NCBI GenBank assembly: GCA_963754875.1
Contig: CAVWHO010000010.1
Coordinates: 64,001 to 128,000 of the forward strand
Direction: 5' to 3'
DNA from: Nitrospirota bacterium
GTDB lineage: Bacteria; Nitrospirota; UBA9217
Length of the DNA: 64,000 nt
Each line of letters starts with the position of its first letter. The first letter of the stretch is position 1. The notes beneath the pieces were generated by a model. That model saw nothing but the letters and a program-made list of their open reading frames with translations. It was not told the origin of the DNA and searched no databases. This document shows positions 39,970 to 51,890 of the stretch, in pieces. The position numbers and the translations under genes are program-made.

Positions 39970-41998
39970 ATGGAAAAAGTTCCCTACAAAATAAAAAAAG
40001 AAATCGAAAAGCTCGTCAGGGAAATCAACGAGCATAATTACCGCTACCACGTCCTTGACGCTCCTGTCATCTCTGACGAGGAATATGACCGTCTTTTCCG
40101 ACGGTTGAAGGAGCTTGAGGAGCAGTATAACCACGTCCTTCCCGATTCTCCCACGAAACGCGTGGGGGCGCCGCCGCTCGAAAAATTCCAAAAAGTACGG
40201 CATACCGAACCCATGTTGTCGCTCGACAACGCTTTCTCCCATGATGAGGTGCGTGAGTTCGACGAGCGGGTAAAACGGTTCCTGAAATCCGACCAGGACG
40301 TTCGAGTATACCGTTGAACCAAAATATGACGGCCTTGCCATGGAACTCTCGTACAAACAGGGATTGCTCGACAAGGCCTCGACTCGCGGCGACGGGTACG
40401 AAGGCGAGGACGTAACCACGAATGTCAAAACGATTAAAGCGATACCGCTCAAGATCGACGGCGTGCGCATGCCTGAGGAGATCGATATCCGCGGCGAAGT
40501 GTACATGGATATCCAAGAGTTAGAGAATCTGAACAAAGAGCGCGAAAAAAACGACGAGCCGGCCTTTGCCAATCCCCGGAATGCCGCGGCAGGCGCCGTG
40601 CGTCAGCTCGATTCCTCTATCACGGAAAAAAGAAAGCTCCATATGGCGTGCTACGGCTTGGGCGCTGCACAAGGGATTGAATTCAAGAGCCAGGAAGATT
40701 TTGTCAATTGGCTTAAGGCAGCCCGCTTCCCGGTGCCGCTGGTTTTCGATGTCGTGACCGGCATCGACGGCGTCATCAATTCCATTAAAAAGATCGAAGA
40801 GCGAAGACCGGCGTTTCCCTTTGAGACGGACGGTGCGGTCATCAAGGTGAATGACTTCGGACTCCAGAAAGAACTGGGGTTCAAGACCCGGGAGCCGCGC
40901 TGGGCGATTGCCTACAAGTTTCCCGCGCACCAGGGGACCACGGTCGTCGTGGACATCAAAGCGAACGTCGGAAGAACGGGCGCGATCACGCCGGTGGCGA
41001 TGCTCACACCTGTCCGGATCGGCGGGGTCACCGTTTCGAGGTCCACGCTCCATAACTGGGACGAGATCGAGCGTAAGGACATCCGCATTGGCGATACGGT
41101 CGTGGTCGAACGGGCAGGTGACGTGATCCCGCACGTGGTGACGGTCATAAAGGAAAAGCGTACCGGCAACGAGCGCAAGTTCTTGCCGCCGGAACAGTGC
41201 CCGGTCTGCGGCTCCACCGTCGTCCGCGAGGAAGGCGAAGTCGCGTACCGGTGCATCGGGCTGAACTGCGAAGCCCAGGTGCTGGAAAAAATCTATCATT
41301 ACGCGTCGCGCGGGGCAATGGACATCGAACATCTCGGCGGGAAAAACATCGAGCTGCTTTACAGCCAGGGGCTCATTAAACATTTCGTCGATCTCTATAA
41401 GCTCAAAAAGGAACAGCTCCTGGCTCTTCCGCGGTTCGCGGAAAAATCGGCGCAGAACCTGATCGACGCCATCGAGAAGAGCAAGAAAACCACCCTTGCG
41501 CGGTTTCTTTACGCACTCGGCATCCTGCACGTGGGGGAATATGCCGCAAGGCAGCTTGCCAGGCACTTTAAAACGATTGACGAGTTGTACGGGATAAAAC
41601 CGGAGCAAATCGTCGGTATCAAACAAATGGGCGAAAAACTTGCCGAGTCGATTTCCGATTTTTTCAGCGAGAAAGAGAACTTGCGTACGCTGGACTCTCT
41701 CAAAAAGCTTGGCGTAACTATTTCGAATCCTGACTACGAGGCCGGAGCAAGGAAAGAAAAAGGACCGCTCGACGGGGTAACGATTGTCGTTACCGGCACG
41801 CTCTCTCAGCCGAGGAACGAAATTGAGGAACTGATAGAGAGCCTGGGGGGCCATGCTGCCGGGTCCGTGTCCAAAAAGACCAGCTATGTGCTGGCTGGTG
41901 AAGAAGCGGGAAGCAAGCTTGAGAAAGCGAAAAAGCTTGGTGTGAAGGTCATCAATGAAGAAGAATTCAGTAAACTGATTGAAAAAAGCGAGCGCTAG
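39970..41998 (+). CDS. ligA: NAD-dependent DNA ligase, frameshift near 40301
   Basis: ISDEEYD, MLSLDN in first frame; EPKYDG, TRGDG, RNAAAG, zinc finger, HhH and BRCT in second. Confidence 0.95.
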
Positions 41999-42061
41999 TG
42001 CAGTCATTCGTGACCAATGAAGAGTGACGGTTTCGAAAAAAAATGAGAACACCGAAAGACT

Positions 42062-42137
42062 GTCATTCCGGCTTGTCCGGAATCCTTTCTTCACAATATG
42101 ATATATGGTAACATGATTCCCGACGAGCGGGAATGAC
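42062..42137. repeat. Composite palindromic (REP/dRS3-like) element
   Basis: GTCATTCCGGCTTGTCCGGAATC ... GATTCCCGACGAGCGGGAATGAC; two hairpins enclosed by GTCATTCC/GGAATGAC. Confidence 0.7.
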
Positions 42138-42155
42138 GACTTTTACTGGTGTGCC

Positions 42156-43013
42156 ATGAGTGATTCTATGCGATTAGGCTTCCACGTCTCCATCTCCGGC
42201 GGTTTTTCCCTTTCCGTGCAGCGAGCTTTCGAACTCGGTTGCACGTGTATGCAGATCTTCTGCAGAAACCCCCGCGGCTGGACAGTAAAGCCTCTTGACA
42301 AGAAAGACATCGCTGAATTCAAAAAGCTGCGCGAGCAATGGGACATCGCTCCGGTGTTCGTCCATACGAACTATCTGATCAACCTTGCCTCCTCCCGCCC
42401 CGACCTTTACGAAAAATCGATCGAACAATTCGTCATTGACCTTGAACGCACCGAGTCCCTGGGCGCAGAATATCTGGTCACCCACCTGGGTTCGGCAAGC
42501 GGTCAGGAACCGCACTGGATGATCGAACGCGTATCATCGGCCCTAAACATGGCCATGAGGCTCCACCCGCCAAAGGCGACAATCCTTCTGGAAAATACAG
42601 CAGGCGAAAAAGGCGATATCGGCTATGAACTGGAACAGGTGAATGAGGTTATTTTGCGTTTGCAGGACCCTTCCCGTATCGGCATCTGCTACGACACCTG
42701 CCACGGTTTTGCCGCGGGGTATGATATCCGCACGAAAAAAAATGTCGATGTTCTCAAAAAAAAGATCGAAGCAACTGTGGGGCTGAAGCGGCTGAAGGGC
42801 ATGCATCTCAATGATTGTCTTCGCGACTTCGGGTCCCATGTGGACCGGCACTGGCATATCGGCGAAGGGAAAATCGGGCTTGATGGATTTAAGGTATTGC
42901 TCAACCATCCTGCGTTTAAGAACGTTCCGAAGATCATGGAAACTCCGAAAGAGACAGAAGAGGACGATCCCAGGAATATGAAGACGGTGAAGTCGCTCAT
43001 CATTAAGAGGTAG
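42156..43013 (+). CDS. nfo: Endonuclease IV
   Basis: GFHVSISGG, HTNYLINL, LENTAG, DTCH, HLND, DRHWHIGEG, METP. Confidence 0.95.
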   Translation: MSDSMRLGFHVSISGGFSLSVQRAFELGCTCMQIFCRNPRGWTVKPLDKKDIAEFKKLREQWDIAPVFVHTNYLINLASSRPDLYEKSIEQFVIDLERTESLGAEYLVTHLGSASGQEPHWMIERVSSALNMAMRLHPPKATILLENTAGEKGDIGYELEQVNEVILRLQDPSRIGICYDTCHGFAAGYDIRTKKNVDVLKKKIEATVGLKRLKGMHLNDCLRDFGSHVDRHWHIGEGKIGLDGFKVLLNHPAFKNVPKIMETPKETEEDDPRNMKTVKSLIIKR

Positions 43014-43103
43014 AGGGCTGCAGGCCATAGATTTTATGAAAAGAGGGGAAAAACAAATTTGTCTCTTTGTAAAAGAATTATCACGCTATCATAGGGGGAT
43101 CCA

Positions 43104-43559
43104 ATGAAGGACGTCATCAGCTCTTTTTTCCTGATCATGCTATTGGCCGCGATGCCCGCCTTTGCCGCAAGCGGCGACGATATCCTCGGTGTTTGGAATA
43201 ACGGGGAGAAAGACGCAAAAATCGAGATATTCAAGTGTGCAGAAAAATACTGCGGCAAGATCGTATGGCTCAAAGTCCCCAATTATCCGGAAGATTCAAA
43301 GGACGGAGTTCCCGGGACTCCGAAGCTTGATCATAATAATCCCGGTCTCTCGCTCAGGACAAAGCCGATTCTCGGCCTGGAAATCGTACGCGATTTTATT
43401 TATAAGGGCGATAATAAGTGGGTGGACGGAAAAGTTTATGACCCGAAGAACGGCAAGACTTACAGTGGTAAAATGACCCTCGTCTCGCCGAATCAACTGG
43501 ACTTGCGGGGTTTCATCGGCATCTCTCTGCTCGGCCGGACAACAACGTGGACGAGATAG
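43104..43559 (+). CDS. DUF2147 exported protein
   Basis: Signal peptide; CGKIVW, D..NP..LR, GKVYDPKNGKTY, LRGFIG...GRTTTWTR. Confidence 0.88.
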   Translation: MKDVISSFFLIMLLAAMPAFAASGDDILGVWNNGEKDAKIEIFKCAEKYCGKIVWLKVPNYPEDSKDGVPGTPKLDHNNPGLSLRTKPILGLEIVRDFIYKGDNKWVDGKVYDPKNGKTYSGKMTLVSPNQLDLRGFIGISLLGRTTTWTR

Positions 43560-43590
43560 ATAAGGTACAGAGTACAGAGGAGTACTGCTT

Positions 43591-43992
43591 ATGGATGAAG
43601 TGCAACAGGGACTGGTGAACGACAGACTGAAACAGGCCAGGGAATCTCTGGAAGAGGCAAAAACGCTCCTGGTCCAGGATGCGGAGGTCAACTTCGTGAT
43701 GAACAGCCTGTACTACGCTTTTTTATATCCCGTCCTCGGGCTGCTTCAGGCAAGAGGGATAGCAGCGCCCATGCAGAGCACGGCAATAGCTCTCTTTGAG
43801 CGCGAATTCTCGGGGAAAGGGGATATCGAGGACAGGTTCATTAGTGCGCTCCGCAAGGCGTATGAACTTCGACCTGCGTGCGCCTGTGAAGGGCAAAAGA
43901 AAGCGACTCCGGAGGACGTAGAACAGCTGTTGCCGCTAGCGGAAGGATTTTTAGAAGGAGTAGAGCGGCTGGTTTCCTCCAAGACGCAGTGA
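43591..43992 (+). CDS. HEPN-domain (UPF0332-like) protein, degenerate
   Basis: RLKQARESLEEA, NSLYYA, FEREF; the usual R...ADY motif reads RPACAC. Confidence 0.7.
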   Translation: MDEVQQGLVNDRLKQARESLEEAKTLLVQDAEVNFVMNSLYYAFLYPVLGLLQARGIAAPMQSTAIALFEREFSGKGDIEDRFISALRKAYELRPACACEGQKKATPEDVEQLLPLAEGFLEGVERLVSSKTQ

Positions 43993-44160
43993 ATGCCGGC
44001 AAACAGTAGCGCGTGGAGGTAAACCGTTGGAACCTACCCAGGTCGTGGTCCCGATCCGTTAGAAACGTAATTCCTGTCTGGATTTTTTCCCCTGCCTCTG
44101 GTATAGTACCAGAACTTTTCCGTTTCATGCATTTACTGCAATCCGGACGCATACTATAGG

Positions 44161-45117
44161 ATGAAAGTAGCAGAATTTACCCATAAAAAAATGTCAACCC
44201 GGCGCTACAACGCCTTCGGTCAGTATATGAAGGACCTGTATCACGCGCCTGTCTATAAGGTGAACGTGGACGCGGGGTTCACGTGCCCGAACCGCGACGG
44301 CACGGTGGCCACAGGCGGTTGCATTTACTGCAATAACGACAGTTTCCGGCCCACGGCATGTACGAGTACCGTTTCGCTGCGTGAACAGATAAAAAAGGGG
44401 ATTCCCTATCTCCGCTCGCGTTATGGTGCGGAGAAATTCATCGTCTACTTCCAGCCGTACACGAACACCTATGCTCCCGTTGAGGTTCTTGAACGGCTCT
44501 ACCGGGAAGCGCTCGATAATCCCGGTGTTGTCGGCCTCGCCATCGGCACACGGCCCGACTGCATTGATGAAGGAAAAGATCGGGCTCCTGGAAACTCTTG
44601 CGCGCGATCAGTTTGTTCTGGTTGAGTACGGCCTCCAGTCGATCTACGACAAAACCCTGAAATTTATCAACCGCGGCCATGATTACTCGTGTTTTAAAAA
44701 CGCAGTGTCGCTGACCGTCGGAAGAGGCATCAAGGTCGGGGCCCATATCATCCTCGGATTGCCTACGGAGACACGCGAGGAAATGCTCGGTATGGCCGAT
44801 GAACTTTCGCGCCTGCCGATCGAGTTTCTCAAGGTCCACCAGCTGCAAGTCGTCAGCGAAACTGCTCTGGCCGACTTGTATGCTGCAAAACCGTTTCCGA
44901 CGTTTAGATATCAAGAGTATCTCGCCATGCTGGCAGATTTTCTTGAACGGCTCGCTCCGGGCATCATTCTGCAGCGCCTCTTCGCTGCGGCGCCGGAGGA
45001 GATCCTGATCGCGCCAATCTGGAACAAGACCCGAAGTGAATTTTTGAACGACTTTGATGCATATCTTGAAAAACGGACAGCTTTCAGGGAAAACTACGCG
45101 CTCTGCGCGGAGTGTAA
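44161..45117 (+). CDS. TIGR01212/YhcC-family radical SAM protein, indels near 44572 and 45075
   Basis: DAGFTCPNRDG, GGCIYC, YFQPYTNTY, GTRPDC; EYGLQS, INRGH, HIILGLP in shifted frame. Confidence 0.88.
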
Positions 45118-45195
45118 TGTGAAGATCGGAAATAGCGAAAAATTTATCATTCCGATAGATTCTTTCCCAATTTTCAATGAATCGAAGGTGAACCA

Positions 45196-45858
45196 ATGAT
45201 TGATCTCCATACCCATTCTCTGTTCAGCGACGGCGTGCTCGTCCCCTCGGAACTGGTTCGGCGGGCAGTGATGAAAGGCTACGAAATAATCGCCATCACC
45301 GACCATGCCGACGCATCGAACCTTGACTTCACGATTCCGCGCGTAGCTGCCGCATGCAAGGAATTAAATCGCCGATGGAAGATCACGGCGCTGCCGGGAA
45401 TCGAACTGACTCATATACCGCCGGAGACCTTTATGGAGCTTACACAGCGCGCCCGTTCACTCGGGGCGGCTATCATCGTGGCCCACGGAGAGACGCTTGT
45501 CGAGCCGGTCCATCCTGGTACGAACCGGGCCGCAATCGAGGCGAAGGTGGACATCCTCGCACATCCCGGACTTATCACCAAAGAGGAAGCATCTCTTGCT
45601 GCGCAGAATGGCGTATGCTTGGAGATCACGACCCGCAAGGGGCACAGCTTGTCGAACGGACATGTTGCCAAGATGGCGCTGGAAACCGGCGCTCATTTAG
45701 TGATTGACACGGACACGCACGAGCCCGGAGACCTTGTCGAAGATGAACATGCCAGAAATATTTTGCTCGGTGCCGGCCTGAGCACGGACCAGGTCGAAGC
45801 GGTGTTCCGTAATTCCCGGGAACTTGCTACCAAGGCAGCGGCTGCGTTTAGAAAATAA
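45196..45858 (+). CDS. PHP-domain protein (histidinol phosphatase-like)
   Basis: DLHTHSLFSDG, ITDHAD, HGETLVEPV, DILAHPG, DTH. Confidence 0.88.
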   Translation: MIDLHTHSLFSDGVLVPSELVRRAVMKGYEIIAITDHADASNLDFTIPRVAAACKELNRRWKITALPGIELTHIPPETFMELTQRARSLGAAIIVAHGETLVEPVHPGTNRAAIEAKVDILAHPGLITKEEASLAAQNGVCLEITTRKGHSLSNGHVAKMALETGAHLVIDTDTHEPGDLVEDEHARNILLGAGLSTDQVEAVFRNSRELATKAAAAFRK

Positions 45859-45928
45859 CAAGAAGTAGACTTTTATCCGATTTGGATAATTTTTGTAAGA
45901 TAAAACAATCATCAGGAGGTTGTGGCAG

Positions 45929-46642
45929 ATGCCGACGATAAAAAAAAGAGGTGGAGCCGTGAAGATTCATCAGGAGCAGGAGATCGTGACGCTGGCGCAT
46001 AAAGTCCAGCACTTCATGGCGGGATACAGGAAACAGTTTCAGATCGCGGCTATTTCCCTTGTGGTCGTGATCGTGTTGTTCGCAGGGTTTTCGATCCTGC
46101 GTTCAGTCCAGGAAAAGCATGCGGCTCCGCTGGTTGCCGCTGCCTATGAATTGTACAGCTCTTCTACAGGTACGGACGTAACGTATGGAAAGGCTCTCGA
46201 TCTGTTTCGTGATGCACAGAAAAAATATCCCGACACGGTGAGCGGGGCAATCGCCCAGTACTATGTCGGTAATTGTCTTGTCAACCTCGGCCGGACTGAT
46301 GAAGCGCTCAAAGAGTACCAGGTCTTCGTCGGTAAATATTCCCGTGATAAATTCCTTCTGGGACTCGTGTATCAACGCATTGGTTATGCCTCTCTCGCCC
46401 TGGGAAAGCAGGACGATGCCCGGAAAGCATTCGAGCAGGCGGAATCGTTCACCGGGCCGGGCGTAGCGACGGTTGAGCTTGCCAAGTTATACGAGGCAGC
46501 GGGAAACATGCCCGAAGCTGAACAAAAGTACAAAGTGGTGATGGAAAAGATGAGTGGGACATCTTGGGCAATGGATGCGATGGGCAAGGTCCAGAAGATT
46601 TCCCCTCTCCCACAGTCTCGAGAAACCAAGACAGCGAAATAG
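45929..46642 (+). CDS. Membrane-anchored TPR protein (YfgM-like)
   Basis: One TM helix followed by TPR-like helices; AGGAGG RBS. Confidence 0.75.
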   Translation: MPTIKKRGGAVKIHQEQEIVTLAHKVQHFMAGYRKQFQIAAISLVVVIVLFAGFSILRSVQEKHAAPLVAAAYELYSSSTGTDVTYGKALDLFRDAQKKYPDTVSGAIAQYYVGNCLVNLGRTDEALKEYQVFVGKYSRDKFLLGLVYQRIGYASLALGKQDDARKAFEQAESFTGPGVATVELAKLYEAAGNMPEAEQKYKVVMEKMSGTSWAMDAMGKVQKISPLPQSRETKTAK

Positions 46643-46741
46643 CGGATTGAGGCCTCACCTGAACGCTCCAATTGTCCTATCCCATTATTTTGAAGCAATT
46701 GGACCGTTCCGGCGACCATTGCAAAGCGCTCGCGCTTTCCT

Positions 46742-49340
46742 ATGAAGATAAAAAGCGACTACAAGATCGTCGTCCTTGCTATTGCAGGCTCTTTCCTTCT
46801 CTGGGTAATCGATGCCTGTGTTGATACCTTTGTATTTCATGAAGCGTTCATTCACCCAATCCCTTTTAGATTTTTCCCCGCATGAACTGTACTTCCGTTT
46901 TTTTGTGACCCTTAGCCTGCTCATCTTCAGTCTGGCGATCAACCAAATCAGAAAAAAAAATAGGCAGATAGGAAACGCTACAAGAATCTCGTCGAGCTGG
47001 CGACCGATATTATTTACGTTTTGGACAAAGACGGCAACCAGGTATTCATGAACGACGCGGCGTACCAAATGCTGGAGTATTCTCCGAAAGAGGTCATCGG
47101 CAAACCATGGCTGCAGCTCATCCACCCCGAGGACCCGGAAACGACGATGGAAAAAAGCAGGGAGATGGTCAGGCAGGGGACAGATGTATTCAATTTTGAA
47201 AATCGCTATATTACCAAAAGCGGTAAGACCATCTCCGTAATACACAGTATGCGTCTTACCAGGGATGAAAAAGGAGCTTATGCCGGCGCACAGGGGATCG
47301 CCCGGGACATCACCAAGCGGAAAGAGGCGGAGGACGAACTTAAAAAAGCCTTGGTGAAAATAGAAGACGAGAAAGTCCGGTCCGAATCGATCGTTTCCGC
47401 CATCGGCGACGGCATCAGCATTTTAAACAAGGACTTCAGGGTGCTGTACCAGAACCCCGCTCAAAAAATGATGAACGGAGGCGACCGGACGGGCGAAATT
47501 TGCTACCTGGCCTATGCGCAGGGCGGTCATGTCTGTCCGGGCTGCCCTGTTGCGGAGACTTTTCTCGACGGTCGGATCCACACCATGGAGAAAACGACAG
47601 TCCTGAATGATGATGTCCGGACGTTGGAAATCAAGGCTTCGCCTCTGCGGGACTCCGCAGGCCGGATTGTTGCGGGAATAGAAGCTGTCAGAGACATCAC
47701 CGAGCGCAGGAGGGCTGAAGAACAACTAAAGCTCTTCTCCGAAGTGATTGAGGAAGCCATGGACGGCATCCAGATCGTCGATCTCCAGGGGAGAGTTGTC
47801 TATTCCAATAAAGCAGTTGAAGAGATTTACGGTTTTTCTCCAAGGAACTCGCGGGCAGGAATGTCGATGACATGAATGCGGACAGGGAGTTCGCCGATAA
47901 GGTCATCATCCCGCAGCTGAAAATGTCCGGGCGATGGAACGGTGAAGTTCTCGTGGTCCACAAGGACGGGAGAGTATTTCCCGTATGGATATCAGCATCG
48001 ATGGTCAAGAACGAACAAGGAAAACCCATCGCTATGGTCGGGATCATCCGCGATATCACCGAGCGGAAAGAGGCTGAAGGGGTCCTGAAGCGGCACCATG
48101 AAGAGTTGATGAAGCTTGTCGAAGAGCGTACGCGGGAGCTGACCCAGGCAAATGAGAAACTGCGCAAGGAGATCGAAGACCGGGAACGGATGGAAGAGGA
48201 ACTGGTAAAGGCCCAAAAACTGGAATCACTGGGGGTCCTCGCCGGCGGTATCGCCCACGACTTTAATAACCTCCTCGCGTCCATCCTGGGCAATATATCT
48301 CTGACCATGCTCGATCTCAAGCCCTCGGACGGCCCCTATCGACAGCTGGAAGCAGCTGAACGGGCGTCCCTCAGGGCACAAGACCTTACGCAACAGCTCC
48401 TGACCTTTTCGAAAGGAGGGGCGCCTGTTAAAAGAACAACGGTGATTACCGATGTGATCAAAGAAGCTGCTGGGTTTGCCCTGCGCGGATCGCGCGTGCG
48501 ACACGATTTTTTCTTTGCCGACGAGCTTTGGCTGCTCGATATCGATGAGGGCCAGATCAGCCAGGTCATCCACAATCTGGTCATTAACGCCGACCATGCA
48601 ATGCCCGAAGGCGGGACTATAACGATTCGCTGTGAGAACTGTGTTATCGGTGACTCGATTGGTCTTCCTCTCCGGCCGGGCGATTACGTGAAAGTCAGTG
48701 TACAAGACCACGGCGTCGGGATCGTCCGGGAACACCTGTCGAAGATTTTTGATCCTTACTTTACCACCAAGCAAAAGGGAAGCGGACTGGGGCTCGCGAC
48801 CTCCTATTCAATCATCAAAAAACACGGAGGTCATATCATCGCCGAATCGGAATTGGGAGTCGGCACAATCTTTACCTTCTATCTTCCCGCGTCGAGGTCC
48901 GGAAAGGTTGCCAAACAAGCCGATGAAACGAAGCTTTTCACGGGGACCGGCAAAATACTTCTCATGGACGATGAGGAGGACGTCAGGCAGACGACGGGAG
49001 ATGTATTGAAGCGGCTTGGCTACCGGGTCCGTTTGCCGAAGACGGCGCGGGGGCGATAGAATTGTATCAACAAGCAAGAGCATCGGGCCAGCCATTTGAT
49101 GCGGTTATCATGGACCTGACGGTCCCCGGAGGTATGGGGGGAAGGGATGCATTGATCAAACTCTTTGCAATCGACCCGAAGGTAAAGGCAATCGTTTCAA
49201 GCGGCTATTCCAACGACCCGATCATGGCGGACTACCAGAAGTACGGTTTCCGCGGAGTTGTGACCAAGCCCTACCGAATAAAAGATCTGGGAGAGACGTT
49301 GCACAATGTATTGTTGAACGGAGAGCAACAAACCGCCTGA
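46742..49340 (+). CDS. Hybrid multi-PAS histidine kinase with receiver domain, about four indels
   Basis: TM N-terminus, three PAS (RDIT motifs), AGGIAHDFNN, HATPase, receiver (LLMDD, MDLTVP, KPY) over ORFs 46812, 47021, 47872, 49062. Confidence 0.85.
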
Positions 49341-49471
49341 TGCCGACAAGGAAAGGCCGGGATCTTAGGCCGTTCGGCTCAGCGGATGATCTCGTTGTAG
49401 TTAAAACAATTTCATGTCTCTTGTGCAGAGTATTCAGGACTGCTCAGTCAATGAGCAGTCGTTTCTTGAAC

Positions 49472-49503
49472 AAAAAAAGGCCGGGAATTATTCCCAGCCT
49501 TTT
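49472..49503 (-). terminator. Intrinsic terminator, probably bidirectional
   Basis: AAAAGGCTGGGAAT-A-ATTCCCGGCCTTTTTTT on minus strand between convergent genes. Confidence 0.75.
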
Positions 49504-49528
49504 GCTGCATAGCATCAATCCGTCACGC

Positions 49529-50875
49529 CTAAATCTGATCGACATCCACGACGAGTTTTATTTTCTGTCCGGCGCGTACGGATGCGCCTAATCCCTTGTT
49601 CCATTCCTTGATGTCGGCAACGGTCACGTTGTGCCTTTTGGCGATTCTTGCAAGTGTCTCTCCGCGCCTTACCCGGTACAGTATCTCCTGCTGTTTGCCG
49701 CCCTCTCCGGGCGTGAGATAACCTACGTCCTGGGCCTTCGCATTGATGTCCATCGGAATAAGAAGATGCTTGCCCGGCGTTATACGGGTTTTCTTCAAGT
49801 CCGTTGATGTCGCGGATCGCTTCGGACGACGTGTTATACTGTTTTGCGAGGCTTGCCAGGGTCTCGCCCCTTCTCACCTCGTGGCGTTCCCATTTGATCT
49901 TCTGTTCGGGAGGAATTGCGGCGAAATTTGCAAGAAAAGTTTCTTTCGTCCCGGCGGGAATCCTGAGAGCGTACTTGTCGAAGTCAGGAGGAGTGACCCA
50001 TCGTCTGAGTTCCGGGTTCAACTCTTTGATCTCTTCGTAGGTACATCCTGCGCAGCGGGCGAGAAGACGAAGGTCCGTGCTTTCTTCAATCACGACCGTA
50101 TCGATATTTGAAGGGGTCATAGTTTGCAATAGAGAAACCGTAGGATTCAGGATTTTTTGCGATAATGGTCGCGGCCATGAATTTGGGCACATAATTCTTG
50201 GTCTCTTTGCGGATGTATCGCGAGGCCTTCAGGTCCCAGAAATCATCAGAACGAGTCCTGAGCACGGCGCGCTGGACCTTGCCGGCGCCCGCGTTATACG
50301 AGGCGAGGGCCAGGGGCCAGGAACCGAAAAGGTTGTGCAGGTCCTTAAGATGCTCAGCAGCCGCATAGGTAGATTTCACCGGGTCCTTGCGCTCGTCGAT
50401 CCACCAGTCGATCTTGAGGCCGTAGAGTTTTCCCGTAGCCGGCATGAACTGCCAGGGGCCGACGGCTTTTGCCCAGGACACGGCATAGGGATTGAAACCG
50501 CTTTCGATCATGGCAACATATACCAGGTCTTCGGGCAGGTTTTTCTCGCGAAAGATGTCTTTCATCACGGGAATGTACCTGGCAGACCTGTCGAGCCATC
50601 TCTGAAATACGTCCCTCCCGCGCGTCTTGAAGTACTCGAGATGGTTTTCGACGCTGTCATTCAGGATCATGGGAAAGTTAAAGGGCTTTTCTTCGGCACA
50701 GTCATCGATGTTTTCATCGAGCTGAGCAACATCTTCTGTCGGGGGTTTTAACTGAGAGGGAATACCCGTGGTCTGTTTTTGTGGAGCCGACGTGTCCTCC
50801 GCAAAAACAGGCTGAAAGGTAAATAATAATGCAGCACTAACTGCCGGTAAAATAAGGGTGAATTCTGCGACTCAT
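49529..50875 (-). CDS. mltD: Lytic murein transglycosylase with two LysM domains (MltD-like), about three indels
   Basis: AMIESGF, WQFMPATG, ASYNAG, ETKNYVPK; LysM repeats; AGGAGG RBS before ATG 50875. Confidence 0.88.
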
Positions 50876-51069
50876 CTTTCCTCCTACTTAATTATTAAAC
50901 TACCCCTTTCGACCGATTTTGTCAAGTCAAGAACGGCTGCTGATTTGTTGTATATATATACTACTATCGGCATTTTCTAAAAAAACATTTAGCCGGTACT
51001 ATTGCTTCTGGACCGGATAATTTTTTTGGGTCGCTTGTATTTCATGGTATTGTTCTGTATTATAACCGG

Positions 51070-51828
51070 ATGAAAGATGCCTGCCTTTACGAAATCTTTG
51101 CGTCAATTCAAGGAGAGGGGCTGTGGATAGGGCAGCGTCATATCTTTGTCCGGTTTCAGGGCTGCGACATCAATTGCTGTTATTGCGACACGCCTGCTGC
51201 TCGTTCGCGCGAAATGGGCGATGCTGACGAGCAGTTCTGTACCGTTCAGGTGAGACCGGGAGCGGGTGCTGAAAAGCAACGGGTGCGTAATCCCGTTTCT
51301 GCGGCCAATCTGAGCGCACTCTGCGCTCGATTGGTCATTCCCGGTCCTTCACGTCCGGTGCTCAGCCTGACGGGGGGGGAGCCTTTGCTGCAGTCCGATT
51401 TTCTGGTCCAATGGCTCCCCCAGATGAAAAAAAACTATCTTATCTACCTTGAAACCAGCGGAATTCACGATCAATCCATGAAAGCCGTAGCCGACCTTGT
51501 AGACATCGTAAGCATGGACTTTAAGCTCCCTTCAGCTACGGGACTGCGTCCGTTCTGGAAAGAGCATGGAAGATTCCTGGCTGCATCTCTTGGCAAGGAA
51601 CTGTTCGTAAAGGCTGTTGTGACGAGGGATACGACGAAAGAAGACGTTCAGATGTCGGCGCGCATTATCGCGAGCGCTGGTTCCTCAATTCCTCTTGTTC
51701 TCCAACCTGCCGGCGGCGCCTTTGCCCCCTCGGCCGCCATGCTGGTAGATCTGCAGGACGAAGCGCTTCAGATCACCGCAGATGTTCGCGTGATCCCGCA
51801 GGCCCATAAAATATTGAATGTACCATAA
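51070..51828 (+). CDS. queE: 7-carboxy-7-deazaguanine synthase
   Basis: EIFASIQGEG, RFQGCDINCCYCDT, TGGEP, ETSG, PQAHK. Confidence 0.9.
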   Translation: MKDACLYEIFASIQGEGLWIGQRHIFVRFQGCDINCCYCDTPAARSREMGDADEQFCTVQVRPGAGAEKQRVRNPVSAANLSALCARLVIPGPSRPVLSLTGGEPLLQSDFLVQWLPQMKKNYLIYLETSGIHDQSMKAVADLVDIVSMDFKLPSATGLRPFWKEHGRFLAASLGKELFVKAVVTRDTTKEDVQMSARIIASAGSSIPLVLQPAGGAFAPSAAMLVDLQDEALQITADVRVIPQAHKILNVP

Positions 51829-51890
51829 TACCTGAAGAACGTAAACTTGCGTTTTGAATAACTCCAATTTTCAAGTCCGCTGTCAAGAGC

